This document shows positions 36,247 through 45,441 of a stretch of DNA of 64,000 bases, one piece after another (the first letter of the stretch is position 1; every line of letters starts with the position of its first letter). Source of the stretch: Candidatus Cloacimonadota bacterium (GTDB lineage: Bacteria > Cloacimonadota > Cloacimonadia > Cloacimonadales > TCS61); the NCBI GenBank assembly GCA_021736135.1, contig JAIPGO010000001.1:64228-128227 (forward strand). Direction: 5' to 3'. A program made the translations under genes and the position numbers. The notes below the pieces were generated by a model that was not told the DNA's origin, ran no database searches, and saw nothing but the letters and a program-made list of their open reading frames with translations.

Positions 36247-37285
36247 AATATAGCTCCACACTTTTTCTCTTCAATTTATTAACCTTTTAATAAATCTGTA
36301 AATCAATGTCAAGATTAACTCTTGCTGTCATCCTCCTTCCCCTGAATTTCTATTTCCTTTCGGACATAATATCAAAGAGGAGGGAAGCAACATTGGATGC
36401 CAGAAACAAGCGGTTATATGTGAAATCCCATAGTACAAAATGGGTTAACCCATATTGTGCAGTATAAATTTGCGAATAGCAGTAAGCTTTGGGCGCAGAG
36501 AGAGTTAGATTATTTTCATAAATATTTAATCGGTGAACAGTGAACAGTGATGGGTAAATCCAACTGAAGATAAGATATTACTACTCTTCATCAAATCCTA
36601 ACCTGGACAAGCCAGAACCAAAGAAAAGATTATTAACCACGGACGTCACCGGACAGCACGGATAATGTAAGAAAAGAACGGATTTATTCTGGCATTATTT
36701 TCGTCAGTGGGGTCGGTGGTTGAAAATCTTTTCTGCCCAAAACTGGATATTGGTTATTGGCAGAGGAACAAAGTCAGCCATTGCGGAGGTCTGGCGACAT
36801 TCGCAAGGTTTTGACCAAATATTCTGCCAAAAATTGACAGAATATTTTTGTAAGGTACTCCGGGCAAGACTTTGGGGCGTCGAATACTTACTCGGCATCG
36901 TTTAATTAATTTCCTGACAGTATTTTAGTCGCTCAAAAGTCTTGTCCTGAGTACAGTCCAAAACTCTTGGCTTAAATTGGATATCGTCTTCTTCAAAGAA
37001 CAATCATTAGTTTTCGCACAGCCTCCAAAATGGGTTAAATATTACTAAAACAATAGTTCTAATTGAGGACGATAAATGACAAAAACAATTTATTACCAAT
37101 ATGAACCCACAGCATTCCCACAGCATCCTCTAATTATGGGCAGAAAGGATATATATATTATACTGAAATAAGAAGTTAAGTTAAGAATTACAGAAAAATT
37201 ACAGGAAATAACCTGAAAAACGGATACGGAGAATGAATTGATAGAAAAAGGAATGAACGTTATAAATAATTATCTTTGATGTTGG

Positions 37286-37316
37286 AAAATATTCCGGCTT
37301 CCGAAAAAGCCGGAAT
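37286..37316 (-). terminator. Rho-independent terminator after the DUF4249-like gene
   Basis: ATTCCGGCTT (37291-37300) pairs with AAGCCGGAAT (37307-37316). The minus-strand RNA continues AUUUUCC. Confidence 0.55.
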
Positions 37317-37371
37317 AATATTTATAGGACCATTATGAATTCTCTGAAACGGTTACTGCTCCTGAGCGATA

Positions 37372-38316
37372 CTAACGGGTGATCCTGGTAAAGTAATCTT
37401 CTCCGGTGACGGAGCCGAAATATCCTATACCTCCGTGAATGCCGCCATGCAGGTAGCTTTCGGAATGATAGTGATAGGTATAGTAATTCTGGTCAACGAT
37501 GTAGATTGTGAGGCGGTATTGTCCGTAATAACTGAAACCGATGGCATAAAAGTCATCGAGCCGGTACCAGTTTCCTTCATCATCCTGCCCGGGTTCATAG
37601 CGCCAGGACATATTCACTTCCCGGAGATTATTGCTCATTACGCTATAGTATGCTTCTTCATCTTCTTCTTCGAGGTGGGTGAAGTTCATAAAGGGAATAG
37701 TATATTCGAGAGAAGTGGAAAATTCCTCCAGGCAGTAGAAATTATAGGAAGTATAGAGAATAGCATCGCTATTCAAGGCAAAATAAATGGGAAAGTCATT
37801 ATTGACATTATCATAAGGGATGGCAGGCAGATCAGGTGAAAATTCATCTGCAAAGCCATATTCGGGTGTGGCAAGTCCATTATAGTCAATATTGATCTCC
37901 ACCGTTTCCGGAACTGTGGTTTCCGCCCAGGCGAAAACATCCTGTGAATCAAGGATGGCATGCACTTCGATGCGATAGGTTGTTGCCGGTTCGATGGTGA
38001 CTTCTTCCGACTGATAGCCGAATAAGAGATTGTCAATATCAATAGCAAAAGATAGGGCAAAAGTATCCTGAGCAACATGATTGATATCTAATTTCATCAG
38101 TTTCACCTCCGCATTTGTGATGAGAATATCGTCCATCGTGCCGCCATCGGCAGAAATTGTTCTGCCAACGAATATGGGGTGTTGGATGGAAACAGTTTTT
38201 CCTGCTATCAGATAGCCGGAAACAACCAGACTTTCCTTTTCATATCTCTGGGGCGCAGTAAGTTCGCAACCGCTGAGTAGTAATATTATCGCTGTTAAGA
38301 TAATTATTTTTTTCAT
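37372..38316 (-). CDS. DUF4249-like lipoprotein (partner of TonB-dependent receptor)
   Basis: Lipoprotein signal MKKIIILTAIILLLSGC. AGGAGG RBS before ATG 38316. Sits directly downstream of a TonB-dependent receptor, which is the usual context of DUF4249 genes (recalled). Confidence 0.6.
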   Translation of the reverse strand: MKKIIILTAIILLLSGCELTAPQRYEKESLVVSGYLIAGKTVSIQHPIFVGRTISADGGTMDDILITNAEVKLMKLDINHVAQDTFALSFAIDIDNLLFGYQSEEVTIEPATTYRIEVHAILDSQDVFAWAETTVPETVEINIDYNGLATPEYGFADEFSPDLPAIPYDNVNNDFPIYFALNSDAILYTSYNFYCLEEFSTSLEYTIPFMNFTHLEEEDEEAYYSVMSNNLREVNMSWRYEPGQDDEGNWYRLDDFYAIGFSYYGQYRLTIYIVDQNYYTYHYHSESYLHGGIHGGIGYFGSVTGEDYFTRITR

Positions 38317-38324
38317 TATACCTC

Positions 38325-40664
38325 CTACCATTTCACCGAAACACCGAACATCATGATAAAGGGTAGTTCCGTGAAATCTTCCGTTTTAATACTCAGTTTG
38401 CCGTCTTCATCACTTTCGACGTCATAGTTGCGGCTGTTCACATTTTTATTCCCGGTAACATTAATTGCTTCAATATAAGGCTGCACTTCCCCCCAGTAAG
38501 TATTGAGTTTCCACTTCAGGCTAAGATCAATGCGGAAATAGGCAGGAAGCCGCACTCTATCCTTATAACTATAAAGTATGTTAATATGATCACCATCGAA
38601 ATAGACCATTTCGGGTTTAGCAGTGGGTTGTCCGGTTTTATAGGTCACGTTTAAGCCTATGGAAGGATCTCCTTTCCCAAGGCGGAAATCAAATACATCG
38701 TGCAGATGAAGGTTTTCCATCATGGTCAGTTGCTGAGTGCGGTCATAACGCGGATAAAAGTATTCTGCCAGACCTGTTTCAGGATTTGTGTTGGATCCAT
38801 TCATTTTGCGGCGGGTAATTCCCAGCGAATAACCGAGAAATCCTGAAATCCCGTGCCAGTCTGTACGTAATAATATATCCCCCCCCCAGGAATAGCCATC
38901 GCCCTTAAGCAGAACATCGGAAAGACTGGAATCTTCGTTATCCCAGGAATAAAAGGCATTATCATTTTGTTCGACCAGGTTGGCATAATCTTTATAATAG
39001 ATATCACTGTCCAGAGCCAGATGACTGCCGAACTCCTTTTTATAGCCCAGAATATAATGATCGCAATAACCTGGTTCCGTACTGCCGTCGATGGGAAACC
39101 AGATATCCATGGGAGTGTTTATGCCTCCGGAAACCATAACCAGGTACTGATAGTATCTACCTAGAGCGATATAGACATTAGAAGAATGATCAATGATACG
39201 TCTAATGGCAAGACGAGGTGAAAGATCAAGGCATTCCTGAGTGGGAGCAACTTCAGGTTTCACGTGCAACAAGCGATAATAATTCAGTCGTAATCCCGGT
39301 TCTATGTTCCAGAAAGGAGATGGCTGCCAGTAATCCTGCACATAAACGGAATTAATCAGACTTCTGCCTTCTATATCGTAAAGACTGCTGGGATCATACT
39401 GCAGATCGCTAACTTCTTTGAAATTAACCTGCATATATTTTATTTCCAGTCCCCAGTCAAGGCGGTTTTCACCGGAATAACGGCGACTGAACCGACTTTT
39501 AAACGTGAGATCTTTGATACTGTTATCCCAGTCATAGAGTGTGGTCTCTTCTTCTTTGATACGGAATTTGCAGTCAAATCCGCTGCCACCTAAGATGAAG
39601 CTGCCAAATAATCCATTCTCCCAGATGCGTGTATTCATGAGAGTAAAAGTAGTATTACCCCAACTGATATTCATCTGATCCATAATGTCCAGAGTGAGAT
39701 CATCACGTCCATTATAGAAACTGAGACTGTATTTATTGGTGGGTGTAACGTCCCAGTTCAGACGGGCATGCCCGTCATAAAAATAGTATTCGGGAATATC
39801 ATCCATAAATTTAGCGATCAGGTCAAAATAACTACGACGGAAAGAGCCCATATAGGAAGAGTTTCCTTTATCTATTGGTCCTTCCAGAGTAGCAGCTGCC
39901 GAGATAAAGCTCCAGTGAGCCACTCCCTGATGAAATTTACGGTTTCCTTCGCGGTTATTAATGCTGAGCACGGAAGACATTCTGCCGCCATAAAGAGCCG
40001 GGTAACCGCCTTTCATAAGTTCCACCGTGCTGATGGCATCCGTATTGAACGTACTGAAAATGCCGCCGAAATGGGAGGGGTTATAAACGTCAATATCGTC
40101 CAGCAGAATAAGGTTCTGGTCATAAGTGCCTCCCCAGATATAGAGTCCGCTGGAGTAATCGGAAACAGAAGAAACGCCTGGCAGCACCTGTATAGAGCGG
40201 ATAATATCGCCTTCGCCGAACTGGGAAACTTCCAGGATCTGCTCGGCTGAACTAAGCACATTACCGGGTCTGATCTCAGGGGTATTTGCCTTAAATTCGC
40301 GTTTAACCCGCATTTCGCGTACTTCGCTGCCTTCGATTTCCACGGCGTCCTTTTCCAGGTCAACATTGAGAATGCGGCTTTCCAGCAAGTCATTGAATTC
40401 GAGAGTGAATTTTTGCGTTTTATATGACATGAGACTGAATTGCAGAACATTTTCTCCTGTTTCAGAGATGGCAATATTATAAAAACCTTTGGAATTTGAC
40501 TGGACGCCGGTATTTTGCCCCAGTAATAACACAGTGGCATAGGATAGAGGTTCACCGGTACTATTGCACCTGATGATACCGCTTACAGTAGCTGCCGGAG
40601 ATATAATCCAGCAACATAACAATATAACGATGCTAAAAGCTTTCATTTCGGGGGAAACGGGCAT
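38325..40664 (-). CDS. TonB-dependent receptor with N-terminal carboxypeptidase-regulatory-like domain
   Basis: VSGIIRCNSTGEPLSYATVLLLG. Plug domain (LPGVSSVSD..LILLDDIDVYN..MKGGYPALYGGRMSSVL). Long beta-barrel ending FGVSVKW. An AAGGAG RBS favours ATG 40664 over the track start 40748. Confidence 0.85.
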   Translation of the reverse strand: MPVSPEMKAFSIVILLCCWIISPAATVSGIIRCNSTGEPLSYATVLLLGQNTGVQSNSKGFYNIAISETGENVLQFSLMSYKTQKFTLEFNDLLESRILNVDLEKDAVEIEGSEVREMRVKREFKANTPEIRPGNVLSSAEQILEVSQFGEGDIIRSIQVLPGVSSVSDYSSGLYIWGGTYDQNLILLDDIDVYNPSHFGGIFSTFNTDAISTVELMKGGYPALYGGRMSSVLSINNREGNRKFHQGVAHWSFISAAATLEGPIDKGNSSYMGSFRRSYFDLIAKFMDDIPEYYFYDGHARLNWDVTPTNKYSLSFYNGRDDLTLDIMDQMNISWGNTTFTLMNTRIWENGLFGSFILGGSGFDCKFRIKEEETTLYDWDNSIKDLTFKSRFSRRYSGENRLDWGLEIKYMQVNFKEVSDLQYDPSSLYDIEGRSLINSVYVQDYWQPSPFWNIEPGLRLNYYRLLHVKPEVAPTQECLDLSPRLAIRRIIDHSSNVYIALGRYYQYLVMVSGGINTPMDIWFPIDGSTEPGYCDHYILGYKKEFGSHLALDSDIYYKDYANLVEQNDNAFYSWDNEDSSLSDVLLKGDGYSWGGDILLRTDWHGISGFLGYSLGITRRKMNGSNTNPETGLAEYFYPRYDRTQQLTMMENLHLHDVFDFRLGKGDPSIGLNVTYKTGQPTAKPEMVYFDGDHINILYSYKDRVRLPAYFRIDLSLKWKLNTYWGEVQPYIEAINVTGNKNVNSRNYDVESDEDGKLSIKTEDFTELPFIMMFGVSVKW

Positions 40665-40834
40665 AATATTTACTCCTTTGGTAAGATTACAATGGTCAAT
40701 AAAAAAAAATGTTTCTTCTTGACAAGAAATAATAGAGTCATAATTCAAATTGTTATTAATAATATGAATTTAGAGATGTAATTCATTTGACAAAAATCTG
40801 GTAAAGTTTCATTTTAAATACAGGGAGTATTGTT

Positions 40835-41761
40835 ATGAAGATAGGATTTATAAAACCTCAGAGCAAATGTGAAAGACGAGTAGTTCTTTTACCTCAGGAC
40901 ATAGGCGGGATCAATGACGAGTTGTATTTTGAGCAGGATTTTGGTGCAAATATGGAAATTGATGATAATGAATATATTCGTCGTGGGGCACGTATTCGCA
41001 GTCGAGAAGAAATTTTTACCACCTGTGATGCTATCTTTAACCTGAAACCGGTAGAAGAATCCGATTATCCTTTGATCCGGAAGCATCAGACCTTCCTTGG
41101 CTGGCTGCAACCCTTAACAACGGGGAGGGAATTTTATGAAACCATATTTCTGGAAAAAGAATTGAGTATAATCGACACAGATATAATCACAACATTTTAT
41201 CATAAGGATAAGATTACTCCGGTACAATGGGTAAAGAAATATTTTACCTGGGATAATTCCGTTCTGGCTGGTTATGCGTCATTATATCATGCCACGCTGA
41301 CGCATGGATTAATGATCCACCCGCAAACGCGGATTGCCGTGCTGGGAACCGGAAACGTAGCACAGGGTGCATTTCAGTTTGCGACTCAGCTTGGAGCCCG
41401 GGTCAGAATGTTTTACCGGCAGACAATGGATGATTTTAAGAAAACTCTTGATCTCTGGGATATAATAGTGTCCGGAATCAGGCTTGATGACACAGTAGAG
41501 CATATATTAAATGAAGAAGAGCAGATGCAGCTCAAAAAGGGCTGTCTGGTAATTGATGCCACGGGAGATGCCGGCAGAACCTTTGAGGGTACTCATTTTT
41601 CCGAACTATGTGACCCTATTTACGAGTATGAGGGGAAATTCTATTATGTGGTCAACAATACACCGTCACTTTTCTATCGTTCCGCCTCAGAGATTCTATC
41701 ACAGTCATTCCGTCTGCACATCTTCAATCACCGCCTGCAGGATTTTTTAAATCTGCTATAG
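40835..41761 (+). CDS. Alanine dehydrogenase/PNT-family NAD(P)-dependent enzyme (N5-(carboxyethyl)ornithine synthase-like)
   Basis: 308 aa. Rossmann motif AVLGTGNVAQGAF. The N-terminus MKIGFIKPQSKCERRVVLLPQDI resembles CEOS-type enzymes as I recall them. Confidence 0.5.
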   Translation: MKIGFIKPQSKCERRVVLLPQDIGGINDELYFEQDFGANMEIDDNEYIRRGARIRSREEIFTTCDAIFNLKPVEESDYPLIRKHQTFLGWLQPLTTGREFYETIFLEKELSIIDTDIITTFYHKDKITPVQWVKKYFTWDNSVLAGYASLYHATLTHGLMIHPQTRIAVLGTGNVAQGAFQFATQLGARVRMFYRQTMDDFKKTLDLWDIIVSGIRLDDTVEHILNEEEQMQLKKGCLVIDATGDAGRTFEGTHFSELCDPIYEYEGKFYYVVNNTPSLFYRSASEILSQSFRLHIFNHRLQDFLNLL

Positions 41762-42105
41762 TGCAGGGCTGTCAATGTAACTCATTATGTAATAACCGGA
41801 ATAATTGAGATAAAATTTTACACAACCTGCGAATGGTCACAGAGGGTGCATAATGTTAATAAGTCTCAAAGTGCACTCTCCCCAAAAATACGGCAAAAAC
41901 ATTATCACCGGTACAAGATACAAAACCAGTATGTTGGTTTTGAGCAGAATTATTCTCATTTCAATAAAACTGATTGAAACTTTTATTCCCCTCCTGACAT
42001 TTTTTGTAATTAAACCCTTAGGGAAAAGTGCAATAAATAACAATATTTGACAAAGATACACATATATTGATTTTGGCATTTCAGAAATTTTTGGAGAACA
42101 GGTTT

Positions 42106-43299
42106 ATGAAATTCGAGAAAGAAATGAAGATGATACGCAAGGGTGTGGAAGAGATCATTCCAGAGGAAGATCTACAAAAGAAACTGGCGAAAGCGGAAAA
42201 AACAGGCAAGCCTTTACGCATAAAATACGGCATTGATCCCACCGGAGCCGATGTACACATCGGGCACCTGGTACCCATCCGCAAGATGCGTGAATTTCAG
42301 GATATGGGGCATCTGGGAGTGATCATCATCGGCGATTTCACGGCTCAGATCGGGGATCCGACCGGCAGAGACGAATCACGTCCGGCGCTTACTGCTGAAA
42401 TGGTTAAAGCTAATGCCGTAAAATATATGGATCAGCTCTATACCGTACTGGATAAAGATAAAACGGAAGTAAGATGGCAGACGGAATGGTTTGGAGACAT
42501 GACTATGTCTGACGTCTTGAAATTAATGGGAAAATGGACTCTGGCGCAGTTCATGGCGCATGACACCTTTCGCAAACGTTATGAAGAAGGTCTTTCACTG
42601 GGCATGCATGAAATAATGTATCCCATACTGCAGAGCTATGATTCAGTAGCCGTAAAGGCAGACGTGGAACTGGGTGCAACGGAACAGAAATTCAATATTC
42701 TCTGCGGCAGAGATATGCAGCGTTATTTTGGCATGGAACAGCAGGTAGCGATACTTTCCCCGATTTTGATGGGCACCGATGGGGTCAATAAAATGAGTAA
42801 ATCCATGGATAACTACATTGCCGTATATGATCTGCCGGAAAATAAATATGGTAAAGTGATGTCCATACCTGATGAGCTGATCATCAATTACTTCAATTAT
42901 GCCACAAAAGTAGATCCTGATGAAATAGACCAGATACAAAAAGAACTTCAGTCAGGAACAAATCCCAAGATCATCAAGCAGCGCCTGGCAAGGGAAATTG
43001 TGGCACTATATCATGGTCAGGAAGCAGCCATAGCAGCCGAAGAGCATTTTAATAAGATATTCAGTAAGAAAGAAATACCTGATGAAATGCCGGAATTCTT
43101 AATGCATGGGGCACAGAAACTGACGGAAATCCTGACACTTGCCGGGCTATGCGAAAGCAATGGTGAAGTGAAAAGGCTGATCAAACAGAATGCAATTACG
43201 GTAAATGACGAAAAAATCAGCGATTTGGATTTCACGGTGGAAAATGAGGTGGTGATCAAGGTTGGCAAACGACGCTTTCTGAAAGTAATCAGGGATTAA
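42106..43299 (+). CDS. tyrS: Tyrosine--tRNA ligase
   Basis: HIGH (GADVHIGHLV) and KMSKS (NKMSKSMDN) signatures. TyrRS-type N-terminus and C-terminal S4-like domain. ATG 42106 has a GGAGAA RBS; the track start 42067 is TTG. Confidence 0.92.
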   Translation: MKFEKEMKMIRKGVEEIIPEEDLQKKLAKAEKTGKPLRIKYGIDPTGADVHIGHLVPIRKMREFQDMGHLGVIIIGDFTAQIGDPTGRDESRPALTAEMVKANAVKYMDQLYTVLDKDKTEVRWQTEWFGDMTMSDVLKLMGKWTLAQFMAHDTFRKRYEEGLSLGMHEIMYPILQSYDSVAVKADVELGATEQKFNILCGRDMQRYFGMEQQVAILSPILMGTDGVNKMSKSMDNYIAVYDLPENKYGKVMSIPDELIINYFNYATKVDPDEIDQIQKELQSGTNPKIIKQRLAREIVALYHGQEAAIAAEEHFNKIFSKKEIPDEMPEFLMHGAQKLTEILTLAGLCESNGEVKRLIKQNAITVNDEKISDLDFTVENEVVIKVGKRRFLKVIRD

Positions 43300-43302
43300 C
43301 AT

Positions 43303-43950
43303 ATGAGTTTTCTTTTAAAACTGCTTTTCCAGGTACCCGTTTTGTTATTGTCCTTAACCATCCATGAATACAGCCATGGGAGGGTCGCCTATTTACTGGG
43401 TGACGACACAGCCAAGCGCGCTGGCAGATTGACATTAAACCCCATTTCACATATTGACCCGATTGGGCTTTTGATGCTGTTTGTGGTTCATATTGGCTGG
43501 GCGAAACCGGTACCCATCAATCCTCATAATTTTAAGAATTACAAACGTGACACAGCCTTAACGGCAGCAGCAGGACCCGTTTCTAATTTTCTGATGGCAA
43601 TCCTGTTATCAATAATATTTGCACTGGCTCGTAATTCATTTCCAAATCAGTATCTGATGAACGGGCTGCAATCCTTTATTATCAGTTTTCTATTTTATGG
43701 AATACTGATAAACCTGGCGCTGGGCATTTTTAATCTGATACCAATACCGCCCATGGACGGTTCAAAAATACTGGGTGGTTTTCTAACAGATGAACAGTAT
43801 TATAAATATACCGCGAAAGAGCATCAAGGAGCCATGATCTTAATGCTGATCTTTGCGGTAGATTATTTTCTGCATCTGGGCATTATTGGGCGAATCATCC
43901 GTGTGCCTCTGTCTTTACTTTTACGACTATTAACAGGGATTGAAATTTAA
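43303..43950 (+). CDS. Site-2 protease family (M50) membrane metalloprotease
   Basis: HEYSHG (HExxH) in the first TM region. PIPPMDGSK second motif. 215 aa, multi-TM. Confidence 0.8.
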   Translation: MSFLLKLLFQVPVLLLSLTIHEYSHGRVAYLLGDDTAKRAGRLTLNPISHIDPIGLLMLFVVHIGWAKPVPINPHNFKNYKRDTALTAAAGPVSNFLMAILLSIIFALARNSFPNQYLMNGLQSFIISFLFYGILINLALGIFNLIPIPPMDGSKILGGFLTDEQYYKYTAKEHQGAMILMLIFAVDYFLHLGIIGRIIRVPLSLLLRLLTGIEI

Positions 43951-43977
43951 AAATTATAATAGATTAGGAGTTACCAA

Positions 43978-45402
43978 ATGACATTAAATGAAATCAAAAA
44001 GACAATCAATGAGCAGAATATCAGTGCCATTGATCTCAAATATACCGATCTGAAGGGATGCTGTTATCACATCACCTTTCCGGCACGGCATATAGAAGAG
44101 ATAATGAAATCCGGAATACCTTTTGATGGATCCAGCATACCGGGCATGAAAGCCGTGGAAGCAGGAGATATGGTGCTTATACCAGATTTGGAATCAGCCA
44201 TAATAGATCCTTTCAGTGAACACAAGCAGATCAGAATCCTGGCAAATATCTGTGATGCAGATTCGAGGATTGGAGTAAAAAAAGATCCGCGCAGCGTTAC
44301 TAAACGACTTACGGAATATATGAAATCGACAGGAATAGCTGATGAATCATGGTGGATACCTGAATTTGAATTCTATCTGTTTGATGCAGCATATTTTTAT
44401 AATGAAAATTATGCTGCCGGCTTCGAATTTACCTCTTCTGAGAATAAACGCTGCCTGCCCAATGATTTTGATGATGCAGACGGTATTGCCAGCGATCATC
44501 GCAAGGGTTATCATATGGATACACCCTTTGACAGATTTGCTGATGTCCGTCAGGAAATGGTGGAATTAATCGAAGAAATTGATTGCCCTATCCGTTATCA
44601 TCATCATGAAGTGGGTCTTGCTTCTCAGCAGGAGATAGAGACAGAACTAATCGAGTTTAAAACCTTAACCAATAAATTCCTTTTCATAAAGGATATAATC
44701 CGTGAAGTAGCACTCAGTAATGGGCTTACAGCTACAATGATGGCAAAACCTCTCTATAACGAACCAGGAAATGGCATGCATTTTCACATCCAGCTTCGAA
44801 AAGAGGGGAAAAATATTTTTTATAAAGAAGGCGGATATGCAGATCTGTCTGAAGAGGCACTTTATTTCATTGGTGGAATTCTCAAACATGGACGTTCACT
44901 TACTGCCTTTACCAATGCCAGTACTAATTCCTATAAGCGCTTGATCCCTGGATTTGAAGCACCAACCAAGCTCTTTTTTGGACTGGCAAACCGTTCCGCG
45001 GCAATCCGCATACCTAAATATGCTACAACTGAGGAAACAAAGCGCATTGAATTCCGAACAGGTGACGCTTCCTGTAACCCATATCTGGCAACCAGTGCTC
45101 TGATCATGGCTGGACTTGACGGAATAATTAACAAAATAATGCCTACCAAAGAAAACGGATATGGTCCTTTTGATGATAACGTGTATAACTGGTCTCCTCA
45201 GCAACAGAAACTGCTGCAAAGCGTACCGGCATCTCTGGAAGAAGCATTAGCTGCCTTAAAAGAAGATCATGAATATCTGCTGGCTGGAGATGTTTTTAAT
45301 GAAGAACTTATTGCAAGCTGGATTGAGGAAAAAAGCAAGGAAATTATTCAGTTAAATACGCGTCCGCATCCTATTGAAATGAATATGTATTATAATGTAT
45401 AG
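43978..45402 (+). CDS. glnA: Glutamine synthetase, type I
   Basis: 474 aa. FDGSSIPG, NGMHFHIQL, NSYKRLIPGFEAP, RIEFRTGDASCNPYL. Confidence 0.93.
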   Translation: MTLNEIKKTINEQNISAIDLKYTDLKGCCYHITFPARHIEEIMKSGIPFDGSSIPGMKAVEAGDMVLIPDLESAIIDPFSEHKQIRILANICDADSRIGVKKDPRSVTKRLTEYMKSTGIADESWWIPEFEFYLFDAAYFYNENYAAGFEFTSSENKRCLPNDFDDADGIASDHRKGYHMDTPFDRFADVRQEMVELIEEIDCPIRYHHHEVGLASQQEIETELIEFKTLTNKFLFIKDIIREVALSNGLTATMMAKPLYNEPGNGMHFHIQLRKEGKNIFYKEGGYADLSEEALYFIGGILKHGRSLTAFTNASTNSYKRLIPGFEAPTKLFFGLANRSAAIRIPKYATTEETKRIEFRTGDASCNPYLATSALIMAGLDGIINKIMPTKENGYGPFDDNVYNWSPQQQKLLQSVPASLEEALAALKEDHEYLLAGDVFNEELIASWIEEKSKEIIQLNTRPHPIEMNMYYNV

Positions 45403-45413
45403 TAGCTTAAATA

Positions 45414-45441
45414 ATCCCCGGTAAAAGCCGGGGATATTTTT
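45414..45441. terminator. Bidirectional terminator between glnA and the convergent racemase-family gene
   Basis: ATCCCCGG (45414-45421) pairs with CCGGGGAT (45428-45435), followed by ATTTTTA. Confidence 0.7.

Noticed and set aside
36387-36402. Second sigma54-like element upstream of the 520-aa gene (minus strand TGGCATCCAATGTTGC)
   Set aside because: The GG to GC spacing is 11 nt rather than the canonical 10, which is normally not tolerated. I recorded it only as a weak candidate.
37076-37171. 31-aa + strand ORF (MTKTIYYQYEPTAFPQHPLIMGRKDIYIILK) with a GAGGA RBS
   Set aside because: It is too short and has no signal peptide, motif or conserved context. It cannot be supported from sequence alone.
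36262-37371. Known housekeeping ncRNAs (RNase P RNA, tmRNA, SRP RNA, 6S RNA) or a tRNA
   Set aside because: I looked for GAGGAAAGTCC-type P4 sequence, a tmRNA tag-reading-frame/ACCA end, the SRP GGAAGCAGCC motif and a GGTTCGAATCC T-arm on both strands and saw none. A covariance-model search would be needed to be sure.
40013-40555. 180-aa minus-strand ORF, plus the 160-aa + strand ORF at 39768..40250
   Set aside because: They are out-of-frame or antisense overlaps of the TonB-dependent receptor gene, whose plug and barrel motifs define the real frame.
41762-42105. T-box or other leader, and the small ORFs (41837..42079 minus, 41853..42050 plus) upstream of tyrS
   Set aside because: No T-box consensus or specifier-like structure is visible. 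The two ORFs are mutually antisense and AT-rich, with no RBS.
42067-42105. N-terminal extensions given by the track (non-ATG or early starts at 42067, 14613, 36261, 38331, 40748, 48162, 48197, 56843, 58690)
   Set aside because: In each case an internal ATG a few codons downstream has a proper AGGAG-like RBS and/or begins the signal peptide or conserved N-terminus. I used the shorter coordinates.
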